A stretch of 64,000 bases of DNA from Octopus sinensis. Its lineage: Eukaryota. The stretch covers positions 6,448,001 to 6,512,000 of the forward strand of contig NC_043017.1 in assembly GCF_006345805.1 (NCBI RefSeq), read 5' to 3'. The notes below the pieces were generated by a model, which worked only from the letters and a program-made list of their open reading frames with translations, had not been told where the DNA came from and did no database searches. The position numbers and the translations under genes are program-made. Each line of letters starts with the position of its first letter. The first letter of the stretch is position 1. Positions 50,227 through 64,000 of this stretch are shown here, one piece after another.

Positions 50227-52631
50227 ATATAATATATATGTATGTATAATGTATTTATGTATGCAGATTAATGTGTATATGTATATCTATCTATCTATTA
50301 TCTATCTATCCATCTATTATACGTATGAATTTGTTGCATGCATTTAACTGTATATATATATATATCTAATATATATATATATATATGTTTGTATGAGAGG
50401 TGAGACAAAAAGATAATATATACTAAATCCAATTAAACAACAGGAATAAAAAAAATAAAAATAAAGATAAATTTAATTTAAACTATTGGAAACAAAAGCA
50501 AAAGCGTGATTGTGAAACAGAATCTAAAGCCATTTAATTAAGAAAAAAAAATAGAGAAAGAAATAATTTTTTTTAAAAATACCTTTAACGATAAATTGAT
50601 GAATAAATAAATATAAAATAAACAAAATATAAAATGAATATAAAGTATAAATATTAAATAAATAAAAAACATATATTTCATTCAAATATAATAAGCAAGA
50701 ATTGACATTGATCTGGAAGCACTCAACCAGAGATGCATATACATACACATATACAAACATACACACACATACATACGCACATACATACATACACACACAC
50801 ATACACACATACATATATACGCACATAAATACATATATACACACATACATACATACATACATATATACCCACATACATACATAACACTCATACATAGATG
50901 CATATATGCGTGCATACATATATTCATACATATATACACACATACATGCATACATACACAAATACATACATATACACACACATACATATGTACATACATA
51001 TATTACACAAATACACACATACATACATATGAACACATACATATATACGTAGTTACAAATATATACATATACATACATTCTTTTATTCTTTCACTTGTTT
51101 CAGTCATTTGACTGCGGCCATGCTGGAGCACCGCCTTTAGTCGAGCAAATCGACCCTAGCGACTTATTTTTTGTAAGCCTAGTACTTATTCTATTGGTCC
51201 CTTTTGCCGAACCGCTATGTTACGAGGATGTTAACACACCACCATCGGTTGTCAAGCGATGATGAGGGACAAACACACACACACACACACAAGCACAAAC
51301 ACAGACACCACATACACAACGCACACACAAATACACACACACACAGACACACACACCACACACACATTTTCAACGTCCAAAGGCACGGACTCAGATTGTA
51401 TAGTGAAGCTCACTTTGCAACTCCATGTCTGTGGTTTCAATTCCGCTGCACGGCACTTTGTCAAACGTGTTTTATTGTATCCTTTTAGGTCGACATTGCG
51501 AATGGAATTTAGTGTCTTTGGTAATATATCTTCTTGCTTAAGGATGACCTGGGACTACACAACATCAGCGTCAACAACAACAGTAACAAAACTAACAATA
51601 TACTCCTACGTTGATAAAACGATCAATCACTACTCCTTTCATGTAGCAACCACAATGGCGTGTTTGACAGATTAAAGAAGAAAGTTATCCAAACGTAACC
51701 TAGAATGTGCACGCCTGAACAGCAATATTTCCGTTAATTCATTTCTGTGGAATTACCATTCCTTAACTCGCAGACCCTCAAAAAGCCTGTAAATCACAGA
51801 CATCGATATCCCGAATCTAGATGAGGTAGCAAAGAGGTTACAAATACGTTTCTCTGTTCCTTTTACTATTTAATTAAAATAAAATAAAATAAACAAACTG
51901 AGATGTGTTCCATCTTGTTTTTGGTGTCAGATATCAAAATATTGAATCGAAATATCGCTTTATTCATATATTCATAAAAGAATATCTGTATGACCAAATA
52001 TTTACTATATTGGCAGGGGTAGGAGATAGTATGGCACACGACGCGAGATATAATGTTTTCTATTGATGTTATAGAATAGTTAGATTTTTTTTTCACGTGA
52101 AAACCCGATATTCAATCCTCTGTCTTCTGGCTAAACACCTAGTTATAGAGAAGAACTTTTGATTTTTTTTTTGTTGCTTATTTCCTTTTTCTATTTGAAA
52201 ACACTGACCATCGCACAAGATCTTTTTCTGTAGATGGGTCTGTCTATATATGTGTATGTATGTATATGTGTAAATATTTGTATGAGTGTTCGTGTACGTC
52301 TGCAACATAATCAATATAAGTTTCTTTATTTTCTTTGATTTTTGTATATCATAAATATTAATATAATCGTATGTGCATACATGTGAGCGTGTGTATGCAA
52401 CTATATATATATACAAAATATATTTTAACGTATATATATATATAAGTATATACACACATACATACATAAGCATATTAATATATTTACATATATATCCACT
52501 TTATGTAAATTCTGCATAACCACCTGTTCATATATAATATTATATATATATATATATATAAACATATTTATATATACCTATACATACATACATATTTATA
52601 TATATTCATTACACATATGTACATATATATA

Positions 52632-52669
<38 letters not shown>

Positions 52670-52753
52670 TTATTATTAATTATTATATTATTATTATTGT
52701 TTTGTATTATTATTATTATTATTATTTTATTTTATTATTGTTTGTTGTTGTTG

Positions 52754-52806
<53 letters not shown>

Positions 52807-53244
52807 ACACGGTATGAATGTAAGTGCATATAAGGAATTAATGTAGTTTTAGCAAAAAACATTTGGATATTAAATTGTAGAAACTAACATTTTTTATTAA
52901 ACATCTGGATTATCTTTTAGTAACACTACAACTATTAGTTTCACCTTCTGCCTTATCTCAGGTATAGGAAGAATACATCTTTAAAAAATTAAAGTATCGA
53001 AATACACACACAGGAGCGCACAAACACGTGTAAACATATTTCACAAACGTATGAACGTATATAGAATATAAAATATTTTGTAAAAATAAGGAGAGAAAAA
53101 AGCCTGTATTAAAGGCTTGTAAATTAATACTATGTTCTACCTGTGTTGATAGTGGTCTTCTGTCACTTTCGAAAGTTTATCTCAACAGGTTTTTTTATAG
53201 GAGCTAGAGCCAACACTATAAGTTACAACTCTGATTCTTTTTGT

Positions 53245-53343
53245 NNNNNNNNNNNNNNNNNNNNNNNNNNNNNNNNNNNNNNNNNNNNNNNNNNNNNNNN
53301 NNNNNNNNNNNNNNNNNNNNNNNNNNNNNNNNNNNNNNNNNNN
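53245..53343. other. Assembly gap
   Basis: Run of N. Confidence 0.99.
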
Positions 53344-54292
53344 NTATATAATATATCTATATATATATATAAGCATATATATATACTATATATATATTGT
53401 TGTATTTCGGAATGGTCATTTTGCCAGTTTAGCCAATAGAAACACATGCACTTATATTTGGTGTTATTTGCTTCAGTGTTATTTATTTTTTACATTATCT
53501 TAATCTTATTTCAGCCAGAGTTCTTTCGTCACACTCCTGTGACCATCAGTGGTCCTTGTTTTCTCTTACTTATTTGTGTCTCTCTTACTAATCGTCAGCC
53601 ATACAAACGCATACACTCACACGATAGATATTATATGCATATATATATATATATATCTATATAATATATATAATATCATATATCTATCTATGTGTGAGTG
53701 TATGCGTTTGTCTCCCTATCGTTCACTTGACAACCAATGTCTCCGTAACAGTTCAGCAGTTCAGTAAAAGAGTCTGATATAAGTACTAGGCTTACAAAGA
53801 ATAAGTTTCGAAGTTGATTTCTCCGACTAAAACTGGCTGCATTTAAATAACCGGAACAAATAAAAGAGTAAAGCGATATATATACTACACACACACACAC
53901 ACCACACACACACACACACTTGTTGCAATCAATTTGGGACGAAGACATTTAGATAGGAAAAAACCATTTCAATAACAATCAAGAATGAGATCAACAAAAT
54001 GCAGAACTTCTTTGAAATGCTAATATTTAATAACATTATCCTCATTGTTATAAGCAGCATTGTTGAGTATTCCGTATGTGCATGTGCACGCATGCATATT
54101 GGTGTATTCCGTGGTCTTAATTATTCCACTTGCCCTTCTTGTTTTCTTCTGACCGTAATCTCCAGCACAGCCTCCGCCAGTCTCTCATAGTCACTCATTT
54201 CGTTGTAAATATGACCAGATATTCGTACATAAAGACATCCTTGAATAGCTTTGATGGGAACCTGGAGAACAAAGCAGATGCATATATCATTT

Positions 54293-55112
54293 AGCTTTTA
54301 CTTGTTTCAGTTATTAGACTGTGGCCATACTGGGGCACTGACAAACAGAATTTCACTCAAATAAATCGATCCCAGTGTAACTATATTTCCTAAGCCTGGT
54401 ACTTACTCTGTTGGCCTCTTTTTGCAAAACTGCTTAAGTTGTGGAGACAAACATGAAGACCAGTTCACACACAAAGGCATACACACAGACATATATATAT
54501 ATCCAATAGGCTTCTTTGAGTTTCTGTCCACCGAACCTAATCACAAGACTTTAGTAGGCCCAAAGCTTTAGTCGACACAACTCTTTAGTTAGCCCAAGGC
54601 TTTAGTTGATCCTAGTTTTTAGTTGGCACAAGGCTTTAGCCAGTCCAAGGCTTTATAGTCAGTCCAAGGCTTTAGCTGGCCCAAGACTTTAGCTGACCCA
54701 AGGCTTTAATTGACCCAAGGCTTTAGTTGACCAAAGGCTTTAGTTGGTCCAAGGCTTTAGCTGGCCCAAGACTTTAGTTGGCCCAAGGCTTTAAGTGACC
54801 CAAGGCTTTAGCTGACCCAAGGCTTTAATTGGCCCAAGGCTTTAGCTGACCCAAGGCTTTAATTGGCCTAAGGCTTTAATTGGCCCAAGAATTTAGCTGA
54901 CCCAAGGCTTTAGTTGGTCCAAGGCTTTAATTGGCCCAAAGCTTTAGTTGGCCCAAGGATTTAATTGGCCCAAGGTTTTAGTCAGCCAAAGGCTATAGTT
55001 AACCTAAGGCTATATAGTACAAGACACTTGCTCAAGGTACCACAAAGTGGGGCTGAACCTGAAACACTGTGGTTGGAAAGCAAACTTCTTACCACATAGC
55101 TATTCATGTGCC
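54293..55112 (-). mobile_element. SINE family B with an internal 17-bp minisatellite expansion
   Basis: SINE tail and head flank the array. Confidence 0.8.
54541..55017. repeat. 17-bp minisatellite (CCCAAGGCTTTAGYTGR), about 27 units
   Basis: Direct reading. Confidence 0.9.
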
Positions 55113-55119
55113 TATATAT

Positions 55120-55350
55120 GGCGGCGAGCTGGCAGAAACGTTAGCACGCCAGGCAAAATGCTTAGTGGTATTTCGTCTGCCATTACGTTCTGAGTTCAAA
55201 TTCCGCCGAGGTCGACTTTGCCTTTCATCCTTTTGGGGTCGATAAATTAAGTACCAGTTACGCACTGGGGTTGATGTAATCGACTTAATACCTATGTCTC
55301 TCCATGTTTGTCCCGTCTGTGTTTAGCCCCTTGTGGGTAATAAAGAAATA
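55120..55350 (+). mobile_element. SINE family C
   Basis: Full-length match. Confidence 0.85.
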
Positions 55351-55454
55351 TATATATCTATATTTCTTTCTTACCCAAAGTCCAGAAAAGATTTAAAAGT
55401 TTGATATTTTTTCATTTGTAATAGGTATTAGATATCAGCTTAAAATGTGTATTA

Positions 55455-55825
55455 AGTAACCACATGGTTCCAGTTTCAATCCCACAGCATGGCACTTTGA
55501 ACAAGTGTCTTCTACTATAGCCCTGGGCCAACCAAAGCCTTGTGAGTGGATTTGGTAGACAGAAACTGAAAGAAGCTCATCTTGTGTGTGCATGTGTATG
55601 TGTGTGTGTGTGTGGGGGTGTCCACCACCACCACTTCACAACAGATGTTGGCATGTTTACATCCTCCTGACTTAGCAGTTTGGCAACAGAAACTAATAGA
55701 ATAAGCATCAGACCTTAAAAACAAAAAATAAGTACAAGAATTGATTAGTTCAATTAAAATTCTTCAAGGCAGTGCCCCAGCATGGCCACAGTCTAATGAC
55801 TGGAACAAGACAAAAGATAAAAAGG
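55455..55825 (+). mobile_element. SINE family B, diverged
   Basis: Family B motifs. Confidence 0.7.
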
Positions 55826-56105
55826 TAAAAGATATAAAACAATGATGATAATGATGATGATGACAACGATGACGATGATGGTGGTGATGATGATGATGGT
55901 GGTGATGATGATGATGATGATTATGATGATGTTTTAAATATAGCAAGTGAAATATATGTCATGTACAAAATTCTTAATCTTTTTGTCAGTTTCTGATTTT
56001 CTTTTGATCAAAAAACTAAACAAATGGAAAATTATACATGCGTGTGGGTGTAATATATATATATATTATATACACACATATCTATATCTATATCTATCTA
56101 TCTAT

Positions 56106-56150
<45 letters not shown>

Positions 56151-56174
56151 CTATATATCTATAATAATATCCGA

Positions 56175-56670
56175 TGACAGGCACTCATGCCAACCCCCTT
56201 TGCTTGCAAAGACCTGTTGGGGCAAGTGAAATTGAAATCGAAATCGGAATCAAAATTGAACAATCCTATGACTGGCACCTGGCAGATGCCAGGACCCCTG
56301 GACTGGTGGTACGTAAAAAGCACTATCTGAATCGTGGCCGATCCACGCTGCCTCGACTGGCTTCCGGCCGGTGGCATGTAAAAGCACCATCCGAATGTGG
56401 CCGATGCAGAGCTGCCTGACTGGCTTCCGTGCCGGTGGCACATAAAATGCACCCAATCCGACTGTGCCATTGCCAGTCTCGCCTGGCACCTGTGTCAGGT
56501 GGCCATGAAAAGCCCCACCCACTACACTCAGGGAGTGGTTGGCGTTAGAAGGGCATCCAGCGTAAGAAACATTGCCAGATAAGACTGGAGCCTGGTGCAG
56601 CCTTCTACTTCCCAGATCCCCGGTCGAACCGTCCAACCCATGCTAGCATGGAGAACGGACGTTAAATGAT
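56175..56670 (+). mobile_element. Repeat family D (non-autonomous retroposon, RTE-like 3' end)
   Basis: 3' CCATGCTAGCATGGA.A.CGGACGTTAAA; the second copy at 59385-59645 (-) has a (GAT)n tail. Confidence 0.65.
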
Positions 56671-56680
56671 AGATATGATG

Positions 56681-56727
<47 letters not shown>

Positions 56728-57459
56728 TACATATTAAAATATACTTATATTATATATATGCAACGGGCTTCTTTCAGTTCTTGAAGGCTTTGGTCGACCC
56801 GAGGCTATAGTAGAAGACACTTGCCGAAGGTACCATGCAGTGGGACTGAACCCAGATCCATGTGGTTGTGAAGCAAGCTTTTAACCATACAGCCATTATT
56901 GAATTGAGTTGTGTGTGTGTGAGTGTGTGTGTGTGTGTGTGCACATGTGCATGTGTGTGTATATACATACATCCACACACACATATGTACATTCATACAT
57001 ACATACATATATATATACCAACCTCAATATTGTACTTATGGTAGAGTTCATTTTGGATTGATTCAGCACAGGAAAAGTCCACTTCTGTCAAAGGGGGTGG
57101 CACAAAATGTAAAGAATCTGGCAGCTGAATTAATGCCATGGAATCTGTACAACAAAAAAAAACAAACAAACAAAAAAAACAATTAAATAAAAACAATAAT
57201 AATACAAAAGGAAAATATCATTAAATGAGAAAAAAAAAGGTACAAATGGAAACATAATGGTGTTGTTGTTGTTGTTGTGTTAGTTTCAGTGAAGGTATGT
57301 GGGTTTAGTTGTGAGGGGATTTGGTTCACAATCATTAAGTCATGAGTTCAATTGACAGCAGAAAGTTGTGACCTTGGGCAAGGCACTTTATTTTACATTG
57401 CTCCAGTCCATTCAGCCGACAAAAATGAGTTTCACCTGTAATTCAAGAAGGCTGGCCTT

Positions 57460-58300
57460 GTGGTGGTGGTGGTGGTGGCGGTGGTGGTGGTGGTGGCGGT
57501 GGTGGTTGTGGTGGTGGCGGTGGTGGTTTGTGGTGGTGGCGGTTGGGTTGTAGTGGTGGTTGTGGTGGTGGTTGTGGTGGTGGTGGGGGGTGGGTGGTGG
57601 TGTTGTGGTGGTTGTGGTGGTGTGGCGGTGGTGGTGGTGTGGTGGCGGGTGGTGGTTGTTGTGGTGGTGGTGGTGGTGGTAGTGGTGGTGTTGGTGTGGT
57701 GGTGGTTGGTAGTGGTGGTTGTGGGTGGGTTGGGGTGGTGGTGGTGGTGGTGGTAGTGGTGGGTTGTGGTGGTGGTGGCTGTGGTGGTGGTGGTGGGTGG
57801 GAGGGTGGTGGTTGTGGTGGTGGTGGTGGTGGTTTGGGTGGTGTGGTGGTAGTGGTGTGGGGGTGGTGGTGGTGGTGGCGGTGGTGGTTGTGGGGGTGGT
57901 GGTGGTTGTGGTGGTGGTGTGGTGGTAGTGGTGGTTGTGGTGGTTGTGGTGGGTGGTGGTGGTGGTGGTGGTTGTGGTGGTGGTGGTGGTAGTGGTGGTT
58001 GTGGTGGTGGTGGTGGTGGTAGTGGTGGTTGTGGTGGTTTGTGGTGGTGGTGGTGTGGTAGTGGTGGTTGTGGTGGTGGTGGTGGTGGCAGTGGTGTTGT
58101 GGTGGTGGTGGGTGGCGGTGGTGGTTGTGGTGGTGGTGGTGGTGGTAGTGGTGGTTGTGGTGGTGTGGTGGTGGTAGTGGTGGTTGTGGTGGTTGTGGTG
58201 GTGGTGGTGGTGGGTAGTGGGTGGTTGTGTGGTTGTGGTGGTGGTGGTGGCGGTGGTGGTTGTGGTGTGGTGGCGGTGGTGGTGGGGTGGTGGTGACAGT
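57460..58300. repeat. (GGT)n degenerate microsatellite
   Basis: Direct reading; source of the poly-P/H and poly-G/V/W ORFs. Confidence 0.95.
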
Positions 58301-58700
58301 TACTGACAACAATGAAAATGATGATAACAGTGGAGGTTGTGGTAGTAGCAGCAGTGGTGATGGCAGCAGTGGAGGCAGCAGCGGTGGTGGCAGGAGATGA
58401 TGGGGTGATGGGAGTGGTGGTGGCAGGAGATGAGAATAATGATGATGACGAAGATGATGATGATGATGATGACGAAGATGATCACTGCAGTGACGATATT
58501 GGTAGGTGGTTTTGGGGGGGGGGGGGATGTTCAGAAAGCTGTAAACAGAAATGGTGGGAATATTCACTCACCAAACATATCAGATGGAGCCACTGGAGGT
58601 GCTGACCATTTCTCTGACAGATACTGAACTGAAAGCAGACCAACCCCGATAAATATATATATAATATAATGGATGTGTATATGTGCATATATATACATAC

Positions 58701-58743
<43 letters not shown>

Positions 58744-58815
58744 TATTTATAATATATACAATATTATATATATATATATTATATATATAAATACATAGTA
58801 TATAATATATACATA

Positions 58816-58851
<36 letters not shown>

Positions 58852-58856
58852 ATATA

Positions 58857-58899
<43 letters not shown>

Positions 58900-60839
58900 T
58901 ATGTATGTATGTATATATGTATATAAATATAGATAGACAGATAGTATAGATATATGCATAAATAAATATACAGAGTGTGATAGGTAAATTGTTGCCATTT
59001 TATATTTTTAATTTCACGCATGCACTTTGTTTGTTTTTGATTTTTCAACTGCATAGTATAGTAGGGTCAGGTGAGTACCATGACGCAATTCCCTCAGCCA
59101 GAAATTTGGGAACGACATGCTGTATTCGCGCCGGAAGACACAACACAAACATTTCAGAGTGTCTGGGCAACAATCTGAGGACAGGTACCGAGAGTGATAA
59201 AAATCAGGACAGTGTTACTGTTGTTTTTAGCCCCAGGTGATGGGAGTGATGACCTCCCTTGCAAATAACAATCGGACATTGACTGTGGATTGTTGGCCAG
59301 CTTAAGGAGATGTCTTCCTGGCACTAAAAACAACAGTAACACCATCCTCTATAGGCCCACCACATTTAGTTGGCAAATATATATCATCATCATCATCATC
59401 GTCGTTTAACGTCCGCTTTCCATGCTAGCATGGGTTGGACGGTTCACCTGGGGTCTGGGAAGCCAGAAGGCTGCACCAGGCCCAGTCTGATCTGGCAGTG
59501 TTTCTACAGCTGGATGCCCTTCCAAATGCCAACCATTCCGTGAGTGTAGTGGGTGCTTTTTACGTGCTATTGGCACAGGTGCCAGACGAGGCTGGCAAAC
59601 AGACACGATCGGATGGTGCTTTTTACGTGCCACCGGCACAGAGACCAGACGAAATATATATATATATAATACAAATAAGAAAATGGAGAAACAATTTAGT
59701 TGGTTCATCAGCTTTCGGATATTAGAATGTTGACTTATTTATTTATTCATTTAACTAAAACGAGAACCTTAATAACATATATATATATACATATATTATA
59801 ATTTGATACATATAAGATAAGAATACAATTATAGAAATCTTAATATAAATTTATTAAATCTCAGAGCGAGATGTAAACAGTAACCGCTCGACAATGTAAA
59901 GTATAAAAGCCATCTCAAGGGCACAGAAAGTGTGTCTAAAGCCAGCTGGAGACAATGATCTCCTGGGGTTAAAAGCTACAGTAACATCCCCACTTTTTGG
60001 TTAGCCATATTGAGATGGCTTTTATACTTTACATTAATATAAATTATAAATTATAAAAATCTTAATACACACACACAACACAGCCTGGTCTGGAAACGGA
60101 GCTCACTACCTCATGGTTGTGAGCCTGATGTTCTAACCAGAGCCATGCAACTTCACACATACACACATATGCAGGTGTGCTATTACTATAAATGATGTAT
60201 GGTCGTTGGTGTTGCTGTAGAAAGCAGGTAACAGGGTGACTGCCAGAGTACCCCCAGGGGTTTGGGAATGGTGATCCAAATTAAGGGACACTTATGTCGA
60301 CTTACCAGCTCGTTTGACGAGGGATCTCATGTAAGAATGGATTCTGTCTTCTCCAAGAGTTCTCCAGAAATCAATGTTCACCAACATGGCGAAGAATGAA
60401 GAATAATCACGCAAACCTAGAATGGACAGAAGAGGAAGGTTAATGGGAGATTGTGTATTGGTGAGTGTCTGTCATTGTGTGTGTGTGTGTGTATGTGAGA
60501 GAGAGAAGAGAGAGTATCTATGTATGAGAGAGAGAGAGAGTACTTATGTGTGTGTGAGCATTTGTGTGTGCGTATGTGTGTGAGGAGAGAGAGAGAGACA
60601 GAGAGGATTTGTATGTGTATGAGCATTTGTGTGTGTGAGCATTTATGTGTGTGAAGGCGTGTGTGTGAACATTTGTGTGTGTGTGAACATTCATGTGTGT
60701 GTAAGTGTGTGTGTGTAAGCATTTATGTGTGTGTGTGTGTAAGCATTTATGTGTGTGTGTGTGTGTGTAAGCATTTATGTGTGTGTGTGTGTGTTTGTGT
60801 GAAAGAGAGAAAGAGAGTATTTATGTGTGTGTGTCTTTT

Positions 60840-61029
60840 TCATTTTTTTGTCCCAGTCACTGAACTGCGGCCATGCTGGAGCATTGCTTTGGTGAGTTTG
60901 GACAAACCAATCGAAGCCAATACTCTTTTCTAAGCCAGGCACTTATTCTATCACTCCCTTTTACTGAACCACTAAGTTACAGGGATGTCAACAAACCAGC
61001 ACCAGTTATCAATGTGGTAAAGGGTAAAC

Positions 61030-61080
<51 letters not shown>

Positions 61081-61266
61081 ATATATATATATATACATAC
61101 ATATACATACACACACACACACATACATACACATACGATGAGCTTCCGCACAGTTTCTGTCAGTAGAAGACACTTGGCCAAGGTGCTAAGGAAGTGCAAA
61201 CTGGGATTGAACCCTGAACCAAGTGATCGCAAAACAAGCTTACAAGCTTCTTAACCACTCAGCCAT
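60840..61266 (-). mobile_element. SINE family B, diverged
   Basis: Family B motifs. Confidence 0.7.
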
Positions 61267-61349
61267 GCAAAAGAGATTTCTTAATAAAACTGAACTGGTT
61301 TTAGTAGGACTTAATCTGACGGGGGTAAAGTAAACAATTGGATTAACAC

Positions 61350-61578
61350 AACCACCACTCCTACTATCACCACCACCACCATCACCACCACCACCATCAC
61401 CACTACTACCACCACCACATCACTACTACTACTACTATCACAGCCAGAACCACCACTACTACTACCACCACCACCACTACTACTACCATTACCAGCATCA
61501 CCACTATTACTTCTACTACTACTATCACAACCACCGCCACCACCATCACCACTAGTACCACCACCACTACTACTACTA

Positions 61579-61611
<33 letters not shown>

Positions 61612-62110
61612 TCACAACCACAACCACCACTACTACTACCACCACCACCACCACTACTACGACCACTACTACGACCACCACTACGACTACTATTGCTGCT
61701 GCTGCTGCTAATAACACTACCACCAGCACCACTACTTCTTCTATGACTTCTCCTTATACCATTGCTATCACGTCTCCATTTACTACAACTTTTACAAGTA
61801 CTACTACCACTACTACTACTACTACTACTATCACAACCACCACCACCACTACCTCCAGCATGATTACTACTACTACTGCTGCTGCTGCTGTTGCTGCTGC
61901 CGCTACTATCACCACCACCACCACCATGCCAATACTACCACTACAACCACCATTACTACCACTACTTCTATGATTTTCTTTTCTACTACTACTACCACCA
62001 CCACCACTACCACCACCACCACCATAATCATCACACCACCTCTGACAATTATCATCACCACCATTATCATCATCATCATCATCATCATTGCCACCATCAC
62101 TACCACTTGT
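61350..62110. repeat. (ACT/ACC/ATC)n microsatellite
   Basis: Direct reading. Confidence 0.95.
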
Positions 62111-63402
62111 CCATCCCATCCAAGCCACTAACTCCTACGTAATGTGAATCGGAAAGATCTGTCAATATACATGGTGAGTCTATAAATTATCTTTACAATT
62201 TATTACCATTAATTGTGGAAGTTGTAAAGATAATTTATGAACGAGATAGGGAGATAGGACTATTGTCTGCCTCCACTGGACACCAATCAAGCAACGATAG
62301 TTATCAACCAACTAATTAATCAACAAATTAATCAAATAGCCAATCAATCTATTAAACCAGCTATTCAGATAACCAATCTGTCAATTAATATAACAACCAG
62401 ACAAGTAATTGAGCCAACTAACCAACAAGTCAACAAGCATACAGCTAAATAAACTATCAAACAATGAATTTTCCAATCATTCAGAAAACAAGTCAGGCTA
62501 TTTGCCAACTTGCCATTTAGGCAACCAATCTGCCAGCTAAGCAATCAACCAAGCCATCAGCCTATGGACTTGTCACGTGAAGCTAGCTAGCCAATTAAGA
62601 GACAAAATAAATTCCGAACCACTGACCGATCCACCGAACCACTGACCAATTCACCAAACCACCGACCAGACCATAAACCAAGCAGTAAGTCAAATAGCTA
62701 ACCAATTTACCAGACAATCGGCCAATTAAGCAACCAATCAGCAAATCAATAAGGCAATCAATGTATTAATGAACAAGCCAACTAAGCAACCAATCTGCCA
62801 ACCCAGCTACCAATAAATCGATGAAACGACCAACCAATCTGCCAACATCCTGTCAACTAGGCAACCAGTCTGCTAACCAAACAATTTAGCAACCAGCCAG
62901 TCAAATAGGCAACAAATCTACCTAGCAACAAACCAACCAAGTGATCATCTAACAAGTAACTATTGATATAGATGTCTAGAAATCTAATCAATCAAGTGTG
63001 ACCGTACAACCATACAGCCCAACATCTAAAACTAGTTGGGTGTCCCCTCTAACTGTTTACCTGCTTCTCTAACCATTCACCCATCCATCCTCACATCCTC
63101 CCATCCTCCCATCCTGCCAACCAACTGGCCGGCCAGCCATTGCGACTTGTCACACAAGCAATCAATCATACAACAGCTATACATACAATACATATGTATG
63201 CGTGTGCGCGCATGTGTGTGTGTGCACGCGTTTGTGTGCGCGCGTGTTGTGTGTGTGTATCTGTATACATAAATATATAGGGAGAGATATACAGACATAT
63301 ATGTGTGTGTGTATATCAAACAGCTTCCTTTTGGATCAAACAATAAAGTAAACGTATCGCTCATCTACAATAAAAAACTTGCCCAGGCATGTGGAACATT
63401 AT

Positions 63403-63433
<31 letters not shown>

Positions 63434-63494
63434 AGCATATGATGCATAAATACAAAGATATACATTCATATGTGTATATGTGAGTAGGTGTCAT

Positions 63495-64000
63495 GGGTGT
63501 GTGTGTGTGTGTTTATATATATATATGCATGCATGTATGTATGTATGTATGTATGTATGTATGTATGTATGATTATGTATGTATGTATGTATGTATGTAT
63601 GTATGTATGTATTGATGTATGTATGCATGCATGTATGTATGTATGTATGTATGTATGTAGGTAAGTAGTGTGTGTTTATATATATGTATATGCATGCATG
63701 CATGCATGTATGTATGTATGTGTATGTATTATGTATGTATGTATGTATGTATGTATGTATGTATGTATGTATGTATGTATGTATGTATGTATGTATGTAT
63801 GTATGTATGTACGTACGTACGTACGTACGCATGTATGTATGTATGTATGTAGGTATGTAGGTAAGTAGTGTGTGTTTATATATATATATATATATGCATG
63901 CATGCATGCATGTATGTATGTATGTATGTATGTATGTAGGTATGTAGGTAAGTAGGTATGTAGGTAGGTATGTAGGTAGGTAGGTAGGTAGGTAGGTAGG
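63495..64000. repeat. (ATGT)n/(AGGT)n compound microsatellite
   Basis: Direct reading. Confidence 0.95.

Noticed and set aside
54541-55017. CRISPR-like array
   Set aside because: Contiguous 17-bp units without unique spacers, eukaryotic context, SINE-derived
57443-58567. 374-aa Pro/His-rich ORF and similar poly-residue ORFs (1014, 48548, 61406, YI/CV/HT/SIYL repeats)
   Set aside because: Translations of microsatellites; no domain or splice support
62280-62960. CCAA-rich stretch as a coding or structured repeat
   Set aside because: Looks like an old degenerate (AACC/AATC)n microsatellite; no ORF and no period beyond 4 nt

Overview
AT-rich, microsatellite-saturated animal genomic DNA. The SINE and Penelope complement points to an octopus or other coleoid cephalopod; this is an inference. 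Genes: (i) the last two coding exons of an unidentified + strand gene (1893-3663); (ii) an inverted, convergent pair of 3-coding-exon rhodopsin-class neuropeptide-receptor-like GPCR paralogs (A: + 18756-27934; B: - 45460-35702). Each paralog carries one 1-nt frameshift, which could be pseudogenisation or assembly error. Mobile DNA: a near-full-length Penelope-like element with 1.35-kb pseudo-LTRs, two GIY-YIG fragments, Tx1-, CR1- and RTE-type LINE fragments, mariner fragments, a Helitron 3' end and four SINE-like families. The main hidden signal is a dense set of hand-folded type I hammerhead ribozyme (HHR) motifs, about 15 copies from at least 8 families, several with non-canonical cores. 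Two ORF-less tandem-plus-inverted arrays (478-nt and ~527-nt units, one HHR per unit) resemble retrozymes. They lie in intron 2 of each GPCR paralog, with their tandem HHRs sense to the host gene. Two SINE families share their 3' ends with LINEs present in the window (CR1-type and Tx1-type). Nearly all other ORFs in the supplied track are microsatellite or SINE artefacts.
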